64,000 nucleotides of DNA. Source: an uncultured Gemmatimonadaceae bacterium. GTDB taxonomy: Bacteria; Gemmatimonadota; Gemmatimonadetes; Gemmatimonadales; Gemmatimonadaceae. The notes beneath the pieces are model-generated. The model was not told the origin of the DNA. It did no database searches and saw only the letters and a program-made list of their open reading frames with translations. Location: positions 38,786 to 102,785 of the forward strand of contig CAWHHI010000018.1 in NCBI GenBank assembly GCA_963829055.1, in the 5' to 3' direction. The translations under genes were made by a program, and so were the position numbers. Every line of letters starts with the position of its first letter. The stretch's first letter is position 1. Positions 55,351 through 64,000 of the stretch are shown piece by piece.

Positions 55351-57855
55351 ATGACGAGTAGCGCCGCCGCTCCATTCCTGCCTCATTTTCCGGAATCGGT
55401 TCCCGTCGGGGAGCCGGCGCGCAGGCGCTGGGTTCGATGGACCCTGATCTTCAGCGCCTGGACAGTCTACGGGTTGTCGCAAGGCCTTCTAATGAAGGTC
55501 ACCGACCCCAGCATGACCTGGCTGTGGGCACTGGAGATCTGCACCGGCGTCGCGTGGTTCTGGGCGCTCCTCACGCCGGGAATCGTCTGGATCCAGCGCC
55601 GCATCGAGGAAGCACACTTCGGCAAGCCGGGCTCGCTGCTGGCGCATGCGATCATCGCCCCGGCGGTCGCGTTGCTCGTCACGATGGTTCGGCAGCGGCT
55701 CACGGCGGCGATGTCGCCACTCGACATCGGCCCGCTGATCCCGAGCTACGTCTACTGGCTGGACGTGCATATCCTCACGTACGCGATGGTGGTCGCGGCG
55801 GCGTGGGCGTTAGGCCTGCATCGGCAGTACCGTGACCGAACGGTTCGCACGCACATGCTCGAGGTGCAGCTCGCGCGCGCGCAGCTCCAGTTTCTTGGGC
55901 TTCAGCTTCAGCCGCACTTCCTGTTCAACTGTCTGAACGCGATCTCGGAGCTCGCGCACGAGGCGCCAGTCGCCGCCGAGCGAATGCTGCGGCAGCTCCA
56001 TACGTTGCTTCGTCTGTCGCTGGAGCGCGCCGGGCAGGACGAGGTGACGCTCGACGAGGAGCTCGCGAGCCTCGACCCGTACTTCGACATCCAACGCGCG
56101 CGCTTCAGCGAGTGGCTCACGGTGCACCTCGAGGTCGAGCCTGGAGCTCGGCTGGCGCTCGTCCCGCACCTGATCCTGCAGCCGCTGGTGGAGAACGCCA
56201 TCCGACACGGACTCGCGGTCCGGTCCGCGCCAGGCAGCGTCGGCGTCCGCGCGTGGGTGACGGATTCGCGACTGCATCTCGAGGTGCTCGACAACGGCGT
56301 CGGTCTCTCGCCGACACGAACGTCATTCCGCCCGGGCATCGGGCTCAAGAACGCGAAGAATCGGCTGACGCAATTGTACGGCGACGACCACCGCTTCGAG
56401 CTGCGGTCGGCTGAGGATGGTGGCACCGTCGTGGCGTTCGAGATTCCGTATCGATCGCGCGCGCTGCTCGCGGACCAGCCGCCGCCGGACTGGAGCGCCA
56501 CCGGCGAGTGGTCGATGATGCCGCCGCAGCGCTTGTGGTCCACGCCTGCGGCCGGAACGCCCGCCGCCGGACAGTCGACGGCGGCGGCCGTCGCGCAATC
56601 ACGCTGGAACGGTCTCGAGGCCAACGAGGTCCTCGGCAACGATCCGCCATCGCTCGCGCGCACGGCGTCGGTGACGGAGCGCGCGAACGGCGCGACCGAG
56701 ACGTCGATGGGCGCCACGTTAGGCGACCCGCACGCCGTGAAGCCGGGACGCGAGTCGCCGCGAATCTCGGCCCGTGGCTGGCTCGCCGATCGCCGGCGTC
56801 TGGGCCGGCAGCGCGGTGTTGTGGTCGCTCCAGGTGTATTACTTCTCCGTCACGCGGGGCACGCCCGAGGCGGGGGAACAGATTCAGTACTTCCTCACGC
56901 ATCTCGTGTCGGCGGCGGCGTGGGCGCTGTTCACACCGCTGGTGCTCTTCCTCGCGCGTCGCCTGCGCATCGGCCGGCGTAATTGGCCGAGCCGTATCGC
57001 GGTGCACGCTGTGCTTGCTGTCGTCGTGGCGACTGCGCATGTCGCGATCGTGCGGGCGACGGGTCTCATGGGCGATTTCGGTCTCTTCTCGTCGCTCAGC
57101 TTCAATCAGATCTCGGGCAACGTCTTCATCTACTTCGGCGTTGCTGGCCTGGTCGCACGGGCGCGACTTCTACGCCTGGTATCGCGAGCGCGACGTCGCG
57201 GCGGTGCGACTCGAGGCCGCGATCGCGCGGTCGCGCTACCAGACGCTCTGCGTGCAGCTGCGGCCGCAGTTCCTGCTCGGTACCATCGAGCTGCTCGCGC
57301 GGCTCGTGCACGAGGACGTGAATCGTACGGAGCGGCTCATCGCCCGCTGGCGGACGTGCTTCGCCTCACGCTCGACGCGGCGAGTGAGCGCGAGACGTCG
57401 CTCCGCCGCGAGCTGGAGCTCGTGCGCGCCTACGTCGACGTGCACGACCTCGGCGTTCGGCCGGGGACGGCGCTCACGCTTCACGTCGCGCCGGAAACGT
57501 TGTCGGTGCGCTTGCCGAACCGGCTCCTCCGCACGTTGATCGACGACCTGCTCATGGGCAGCGGTGTGGCCTCGTTCCACCCGAGTCGATGTCGGTGACG
57601 GTGGAATCGGAGCGGCTGGTCGGTGGGACCACGCGGGTCCGCGTACATGCAGCAACCCCCGAGGGCGAGGCCGCGGAGACGGGCCGTCCGGGCGGTTGGG
57701 TGGAAGCGGTCGAGAAGGCGACGCTCGCCGAGCGCGACCGGAAGGTGTCGTTGTACTTCCCTGATTCGATGACCGCGATCGTCCTGCTGGCCGATCGTGA
57801 CGCGGAAGCATCCCGGGACTCGGCGCCCGCGCTGCTCTCCGCTCAACCTGCGTAG
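55351..57855 (+). CDS. LytS-type sensor histidine kinase with a tandem second TM plus degenerate kinase module (frameshifted)
   Basis: QLQPHFLFNCLNAI, LQPLVENAIRHG, DNGVG, GIGLKN. Second module QLRPQFLLGTIELL, SLRRELELVRAY. Confidence 0.8.
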
Positions 57856-57869
57856 CCCGAGGTACCGAC

Positions 57870-58706
57870 ATGTCGATTCGTGTGTTAGTGACGGACGACG
57901 AACCCATCGCACGACGACGCATCCGTCGTTTCCTGCGTGCGGAGAGCAACGTCGACGTCATCGGCGAAGCGTCGAACGGGCGCGAGGCCATCGAGGCGAT
58001 CCGCCAGCACAACCCCGACCTCGTCTTCCTCGACGTGCAGATGCCGGACGTCGATGGGTTCGGCGTCGTCCAGGCGTTAGGCCCCGACCAGATGCCAGCC
58101 GTGATCTTCGTGACGGCCTACGACGAGTACGCGCTCAAGGCGTTCGAGGTCAACGCGCTCGACTACCTGCTCAAGCCGTTCGACGCCGAGCGTTTCAAGA
58201 GCGCGTTCCAGCGCGCGCGCGAGCACATCGATCGCGTGACGACCGCGCAAGCCGGTCGCCGGCTCAAGACGTTGCTCGAGCAGGTTCTGCAGGACGACAA
58301 GGTCGATGTCAATACGGCCGCACAGGCGTTGTTAGGCGCCTCGGGCACGCACGCCGCTCCGAAGAACGGCTACCTCGATCGCCTGATGGTGAAGAGCGAC
58401 GGCCGCGTGTTTTTCGTGAAGGTCGCCGACGTCGATTGGTTCGAGGCGTCGGGGAACTATGTTCGCGTGCACGTCGGGAAGACGTCGCATCTGATTCGCG
58501 AGACGATGAACGGGATCGAGTCGTCGCTCAACCCGCAGATGTTCGCCCGCATCCATCGCGCTGTGACGGTGAACCTGGATCGGATCAAGGAACTGCAGCC
58601 GTGGTTCGCCGGCGACTACGTCGTCATCCTTCGCGACGGCCGACAGCTGAAGCTCAGTCGCACGTATCGCGAGCAGTTGCAGGCGCGCATGCACCGCATT
58701 CCCTGA
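57870..58706 (+). CDS. LytTR-family response regulator
   Basis: DDEPIAR, FLDVQMP, FVTAYDEYA, DYLLKP. LytTR FARIHR..VNLDRI, LSRTY. Confidence 0.95.
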   Translation: MSIRVLVTDDEPIARRRIRRFLRAESNVDVIGEASNGREAIEAIRQHNPDLVFLDVQMPDVDGFGVVQALGPDQMPAVIFVTAYDEYALKAFEVNALDYLLKPFDAERFKSAFQRAREHIDRVTTAQAGRRLKTLLEQVLQDDKVDVNTAAQALLGASGTHAAPKNGYLDRLMVKSDGRVFFVKVADVDWFEASGNYVRVHVGKTSHLIRETMNGIESSLNPQMFARIHRAVTVNLDRIKELQPWFAGDYVVILRDGRQLKLSRTYREQLQARMHRIP

Positions 58707-58708
58707 GC

Positions 58709-58763
58709 GCCTAACGAAACAGCCCCGCCGTCGACGTCGACGGCGGGGGCTGTTTCGTTAGGC
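58709..58763. terminator. Near-perfect 55-bp palindrome between convergent genes (bidirectional terminator candidate)
   Basis: GCCTAACGAAACAGCCCCGCCGTCGAC / GTCGACGGCGGGGGCTGTTTCGTTAGGC, differing by one extra G. Confidence 0.8.
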
Positions 58764-58798
58764 CTCGCGCACGGGCAGGCCGACAGCGTACGAGGGCG

Positions 58799-59249
58799 TC
58801 AGTCGTGGCGCACCATGGTCACGAGGAGCGCGCCGTTGTTGTGCTTCGTCCCGTAGCGGGTGACTGATTCGACGGCGCTGATGCGATCGACCGACGCCAC
58901 TTCATGGGCGGGAAGGAGCTGTAGCACGTCTATCGATCCCGCGAAGCTGCCGTCGATGTAGACCGCGAGCGGGTCTGCGCGCCCTGTGAGCTCGAGCGAT
59001 GGATTGGGCCGCGGGCGGAGATAGATCGGTGCGCGGAGGCGGAGTACGTCGTAGAGCGTCTCGCCGCCGAAGTAGTCGACGCGGCTCGTTCCGGTGAGCA
59101 GCTGGCCGCGGGACGACGCCGTCCCGCCCGAACTGACAACGGTCGTGCGTGGTGGGGACGGCGGCGCCGGTGGATGACAGGCGCGCCGTGGAAGGAACGC
59201 TGGCGCACGCGAGTGCGCAAAGGAACACGGCCGAATAGGCGGATCGCAT
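58799..59249 (-). CDS. Small exported TonB-plug-like lipoprotein (frameshifted)
   Basis: ALAC lipobox-like sequence, TLYDVLRLRAPIYL, PLAVYIDG, RYGTKHNNGALLV. Confidence 0.6.
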
Positions 59250-59975
59250 ACGGATCTCCTGTCGCGAGTAGGCGGCGTGCGATTCGGCACGTCGCGCTTG
59301 CTAGATAGGAGTTCGGTCCGTCACCGACCAAACGGTCTGGGACGAGCCGCGCCACGTTGCAGACCAACCGCGCGTTCCTGACGACCGGATGGATGGCACG
59401 ACGGTCGAGTTCCGATGAGGGTCTAAGTGACACGCATAGAGCGGTTTACATGTCGCTCACAATTTCACCACCAGATGCGAACCGTTCGTCCGGCGGCGGT
59501 GTCGTACTTGGATTGGGCTGAGGGGCCCTGGCGCGTCGGGCGTCTCGATTCCGCTCTCTGCGAAGCACACTGGATCTCCGCCGCCACCGACGTGCGTGAC
59601 TCAGACCACATCGGACGAGCCCAGTCGCGGACCGTTCATCCCCGCTGAGTCGCCTGTCGACCCCGACGCGAGCCGAATTGGGACGCGCCTTCATAGCTTT
59701 GGCTCTGGCGCCAGGTACGCGGTGGTGCCAACCTGCACGCCAGATGCGAAGGCGCGACACCGCCTGTGGCGCTCGGCCTTTGATCCACTGGTCCGTATGC
59801 TTTCACTGCGCCAATGTGCCGTCTACCGCGGTTTGGCGACGGCTCCATTTGTGCGAACGGTCACACGAGCAACCGCGCCTTCGGGCGACGGACGACTGGG
59901 TTTGCCGCGGTACAGCGGTACAATGTTCACGCGAAGCGACGTGAGTAGGAGACCCGACCGCCGGGGAGGCGAGGA

Positions 59976-61569
59976 ATGAAGCGTTCGAGGATCGCGCTGA
60001 TGGGCACGGCCATTGTCGTGCTTCCGGTGGCGGTGGGCGGTTTCATGATGCAGCGACGGGAAGCGACTGATGCGGCCCGTCTCTTCGCCCAGGTGTTCGC
60101 TCGGGTCGCGGCCGACGCCGTCGACTCGGTTCCACCTGACGCGATGTACGAGAAGGCGGCGCGCGGTCTCGTGCGCAGCCTGAACGACCCGTACGCCGAC
60201 CTGTATTCGCCGCAGGAGCTCGCGAGCTTCTCTCGCAACTCGCTCGGCAACTCGTACGGCGGCGTCGGCATGCTGATCGAGGATCAGCAGGGCACGTTCA
60301 CGGTGGCCAAGGTCTACCCGCACACGCCGGCCGAAGCGGGCGGCGTGCAACTCGGCGATCACATCGTGTCCGTGAACGGTGTGGCGACGAAAGGGCTGAA
60401 GCTGGAAGGCGTCTCCGGCCGCCTAACGGGAACACCGGGCTCGAACGTCACCGTGACGTTCGCGCGTGGCGGTGTCACGCAGCCCATCGAGTCGCAGTTC
60501 ACGCGCGCGGTCGTTCACATTCCGGCGGTGCCGTTCGCGGTGATGCTCGACGACAGGATCGGCTACATCCCGGTCCAGAAGTTCAACGAGTCGTCCGGCA
60601 GCGAGGTCGAGTCGGCGCTTCGCCAGCTGGCAGGGCAGGGCGCGCGCTCGTTCGTGCTCGACCTCCGCGGCAACGGCGGTGGCGACTTCGATGAGTCGCT
60701 CCGCATGGCGAACCTGTTCCTCAAGCGTGGGCAGGACATCGTCACGGTGCGCACGCGGACAGCCACGCCGGTCGTGAGCCGCGCCGACGGAGCAGCCGAT
60801 CGTGCCTGACGCGCCGCTCGTCTTGCTGACGGACGGCTACACGGCGTCGGCGTCGGAGATCGTCGCCGGATCTCTGCAGGACCACGATCGCGGTGTCATC
60901 ATCGGCACGACGTCGTTCGGCAAGGGACTGGTGCAGACGCTGTTCACGCTCGACGGTGGGTGGGCGCTCAAGATGACGACCGGCAAGTGGTACACGCCGA
61001 GCGGCCGCTCAATCCAGCGCGAACGGAAGCTTCTCGACGATGGTCGTCTCGTGGAGGTCGTTCCGGATTCGCTCGAGACGGACTCGGTCCGCAAAGCGCG
61101 CCCGGCCTACAAGTCCGACGTTGGCCGCGTCGTGTACGGCGGCGGTGGCATCACGCCGGATGTGATCATCCCGTCGGATACCATCACCGACGCCGAGCAG
61201 ACGTTCCTCAAGGCGTTGGCGCCGAAGTCGCAGGAGAGCTACCTGGTGCTCTATCAGACGGCGCTCGAGCAGAAGGCGGCGGTGAAGTCGTCGTTCACCG
61301 TCACGCAGGCGTGGCGTGACTCCGTGTATGCGCGCCTGACGAGAGCGGGCGTCCAGATCTCTCGCCCGGAGTTCAACGCCGCGCAACAGCTGATCGACCG
61401 CGACCTCGAGCGCCGCGTGGCCTCGATGGCGTTCGGTGACTCGGCGGCGTTCCGGCGCACGATCTCGTACGACACGCAGCTGCGTCGCGCGATCGACCTG
61501 CTGCATGGTGCCGGCAACCAGCGCGAGCTGCTCGCCGCCGTTGCGCAGGCGCGTCCGCGTAGCGACTGA
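59976..61569 (+). CDS. S41 family C-terminal processing protease (frameshift near 60795)
   Basis: LNDPY, PDZ YGGVGM, LDLRGNGGG, TASASEIVAGSLQDHDR, SFGKGLVQ, WYTPSGRSIQ. Confidence 0.93.
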
Positions 61570-61597
61570 TCGCCGTCGCGCCTCTGTCAGCGACATC

Positions 61598-61638
61598 ACG
61601 CCGCCGTCTCGCCTAACAAGCGGACGGCGGCGTTTTTC
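61598..61638 (+). terminator. Rho-independent terminator
   Basis: ACGCCGCCGTC...GACGGCGGCGT followed by a T-run, after the S41 gene. Confidence 0.75.
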
Positions 61639-61877
61639 GCGGGGAACGTGGCGGGCCTCGCGGCAGGTATCGACCGGTCGGTGCTCGGCTCGAACCCAAG
61701 CACGTGACCGCAGGGCGAATCCGGCTCTCGGCGCTCACACGCGGCTCGCATAAGCGAGCGCGCGCTTCGTCACACGAAACGGGCGACGCCGCGTCGCGGC
61801 CTCCTACGTTGCCAACCACGGCACTAGCTAGGGCTCTCTTCGGCGAGGACCGTCCGTGATTCAGGTGGCCTCAAACC

Positions 61878-62792
61878 ATGAGCGCGACGATCGATTGTCG
61901 CCAGCTCACCAGCACGACGACCTGCGAGGGGTCGCCGCGGCATTCGAAACCGCGCAGGCCCAGCGGCTTCGCACCGGCGAACAGATCCGCGCGCTCGTTC
62001 AGACGCGCGGTGATACACGACCGCCGCATGCGCGCGGGACGGGCGACATCGAGGCGCTGCTCGCCCGCATTCGCGCCGGGGCGGCACCGGCGCCGCTCGC
62101 GTCGGTCGGTGACGTCTATCGCCGACAGTGGAACGAGGAACGTGAGCTCCTGCGCGAGCTCTCGGAGCGCATCGCTCGACACCCGGCGTGGCACTGGCTG
62201 GAACGGGTGCGCGGCATCGGCCCGTCGCTCGCGGCTCGTCTCCTCGCGCGTCTCGAGATCGATCGCGCGCCGACGCCGTCGTCGTTCTGGTCCTACTGCG
62301 GACTCGCGACCGTCGTGGCGCGAGGTGTACCGGTGTAGCGAGTGCGGCTACGAGTTGTCGTTGGCCGCGGGGCGCAGCGTTAGGTCCGCGCATCGCGTGC
62401 CGCGTTCGGGACAATCGTGCGCGGGCGCGCTGGCGCCGATCGGCGAGGGACCGCGTCGTGTGGCGCAACCGCGTCCGACGCGTGGCGAGAGCGCCCCGTA
62501 CGACCGTGAGGCGAAGAAGCTCTGCTACCTCATCGGCATCTCGTTCGTGCGGCAGGGCGACACGTACAAGCGCTACTATCAGGATCAGCGCGACCGACTG
62601 GATGCGGCGAAGCCCGACTGGATTCCGAGACGCCGGCACCTGACGGCGCTGCGGATGACGGAGAAGCTGTTCCTCGCGCATCTCTGGCTCGTGTGGCGCG
62701 AGCGGCTCGGGCTCCCGATCACGGCGCCGTACGCGGACGTTCGTGATGACGGTTCGGCGTCGCCGAGGCCGTGGGCTATGGTGGAAGCCTAA
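61878..62792 (+). CDS. IS110/Nop-domain protein lacking RuvC (TasA-like) with CCHC Zn-ribbon insert; frameshifts near 61895 and 62320
   Basis: Coiled-coil, then HPAWHWLERVRGIGPSLAARLLARLEIDRAPTPSSFWSYCGL, then CSEC..H..C, YDREAKK, HLTALRMTEKLFLAHLWLVWRERLGLPITAPY. Confidence 0.7.
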   Translation: MSATIDCRQLTSTTTCEGSPRHSKPRRPSGFAPANRSARSFRRAVIHDRRMRAGRATSRRCSPAFAPGRHRRRSRRSVTSIADSGTRNVSSCASSRSASLDTRRGTGWNGCAASARRSRLVSSRVSRSIARRRRRRSGPTADSRPSWREVYRCSECGYELSLAAGRSVRSAHRVPRSGQSCAGALAPIGEGPRRVAQPRPTRGESAPYDREAKKLCYLIGISFVRQGDTYKRYYQDQRDRLDAAKPDWIPRRRHLTALRMTEKLFLAHLWLVWRERLGLPITAPYADVRDDGSASPRPWAMVEA

Positions 62793-62934
62793 CGGTCAGC
62801 CGTTCGCACACGGCCGCGTGATCGGCGGCACAACGTGCCACTGCAGTTTCTGGTATGGTGTGCCGAGCCTAGAGGATGAATGCACGCCCGCCCCGGGCCG
62901 TCTCCTTGCTCGTCCGCTTTCGCCGCACTTGCCG

Positions 62935-63370
62935 ATGTCGCCTCAGCTGCAGGATCGTCCTTCCGCGAACGATCATGGTCCCTCCCGGTCCGTGTTGCTC
63001 GTCGACGACGAGGCGTTGGTCCGCACGGCGATGCATCGTTTTCTCGCGCGCCGTGGGTGGACCGTGAGTGAGGCTGTGGACGGCGAGCTGCGCACGGACG
63101 CTGCTCGACCCGATTGCCGGCATCGAGTTCGACCTCGTGATATGCGATCTGCAGATGCCTCGACTCTCGGGCCGTGAGTTCTACGGCTGGCTCGCCCGCA
63201 CCCGCCCGGACCTGGCGAGCCGGCTCGTATTCTCGAGCGGTGACCTGCTGTCCCCCGAGTTCGCAGCGTTCCTGACCGAGGCGGGGCGCCCCGTGCTGCC
63301 CAAGCCATTCGACCTGAGCGAGCTGGCGAGGATCGTCGAAGAGGTCTACGCCGACGCTCACGCCGCCTAG
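62935..63370 (+). CDS. Single-domain response regulator (frameshift near 63090)
   Basis: VLLVDDEALVR, FDLVICDLQMP, VFSSG, LPKPF. Confidence 0.88.
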
Positions 63371-63468
63371 GCGGGAGCGACTGAGACGCACTCCGCCGGG
63401 CTGAAACGCGCGAACCCGTGAGCCCCGTAGTGAGAACGGAGTTCGGACGTTCTCACCGGAGGCTCGTC

Positions 63469-63849
63469 ATGTTCGGCTTGGTGAAGTTCCTCTTCGTCAG
63501 TGCGATTTCGCTCGTGTTCCTCATTCCGGCGGCGCTGGTGCTCGCGGTCGTCGGGCTTCCGATAGCGGCGGTCCTCGGCGTCCTCGCGCTCCCCGTGTTG
63601 ATCGTCCTCTTCATCGTGGGTCTGCCGATCTTCCTCGTGCTGCTCGTGGTCGGCGCGGTGGCCTGTGTGCTGTTCGGAGTGCTGGGCGCGTTCGTAGGTC
63701 TGACGATTGGCGCGATCAAGCTGGTGTTGTTTGCGGTGTTGCCGGTGGCGCTCGTCGCGTGGGTGCTGATGCGGCTGATCGGAGGTCGTCGAGTGCAGCG
63801 CCGAGTACGTCTGACGGCCTTCGCGGTGATGGTTCAGCCCGAGTTGTAG
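63469..63849 (+). CDS. Hypothetical membrane protein
   Basis: GGAGG RBS. Almost entirely hydrophobic sequence. Confidence 0.65.
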   Translation: MFGLVKFLFVSAISLVFLIPAALVLAVVGLPIAAVLGVLALPVLIVLFIVGLPIFLVLLVVGAVACVLFGVLGAFVGLTIGAIKLVLFAVLPVALVAWVLMRLIGGRRVQRRVRLTAFAVMVQPEL

Positions 63850-63925
63850 GGGGGAGGGCGCGGGGTTACATTGCGCGTTCCGTTACGGCTCGGGTTCTGG
63901 ACGAGGAGCCGAGGCGGGAAGTAGA

Positions 63926-63999
63926 CGGGACGTAGCGCAGCCCGGTAGCGCACCTGAATGGGGTTCAGGGGGTCGCGGGTTCAAATCCCGCCGTCCCGA
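63926..63999 (+). tRNA. tRNA-Pro(GGG)
   Basis: Acceptor CGGGACG/CGTCCCG, D-arm GCGC, anticodon arm CCTGA-ATGGGGT-TCAGG, T-arm GCGGG-TTCAAAT-CCCGC. CCA is not encoded. Confidence 0.97.
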
Positions 64000-64000
64000 T

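Noticed and set aside
59454..59464. lac-operator-like half site (AATTGTGAGCG on the minus strand)
   Set aside because: Only a half site, with no LacI-family gene nearby. Probably chance or part of another regulator's site.
61640..62935. Bona fide TIGR or CRISPR array next to the Nop-domain gene
   Set aside because: No repeated unit with regular period is visible on either flank. No CRISPR-like repeat-spacer array was seen anywhere in the window.
63926..64000. tRNA-Pro as an integration site for an island in this window
   Set aside because: No integrase and no duplicated tRNA 3' end in the window. Any island would lie beyond the right edge.

Overview
GC-rich (roughly 70% by eye) bacterial chromosome segment. 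The ADOP permease/PadR pair, the small TonB-plug-like exported proteins and the LytS/LytTR system suggest Gemmatimonadota, but that is inference. Many genes carry single-base frameshifts clustered in patches, which I read as long-read consensus errors. Layout: (1) 1-24.7 kb, an extracellular contractile injection system (eCIS) operon with an upstream PD-(D/E)xK toxin, Pvc16-like cap, sheath, tube, chaperones, LysM tube initiator, hub, spike, PAAR, gp25, two J-like baseplate proteins, an NHL-gpI protein and four paralogues sharing a fibre-like N-terminal domain. (2) 25-41 kb, DUF937/OmpA genes, ADOP permease plus PadR, a tripartite RND pump, a beta-propeller, a Rieske protein and an FAD oxidase. 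(3) 41.7-55 kb, an uncharacterised, translationally coupled biosynthetic operon (desaturase/hydroxylase, two GNAT-like proteins, GH3 acyl-amido synthetase, Rieske oxygenase, UnbU-UnbV fusion, MFS exporter) with a divergent acyl-ACP desaturase. (4) 55-64 kb, a tandem LytS kinase/pseudokinase with a LytTR regulator, an S41 protease, a RuvC-less IS110/Nop-domain (TasA-like) protein with a Zn-ribbon insert and a hairpin-rich leader, and tRNA-Pro(GGG). A non-palindromic motif (G)CCTAAC(G) recurs about once per kb throughout. All family assignments come from motif recognition by eye, not from database searches.
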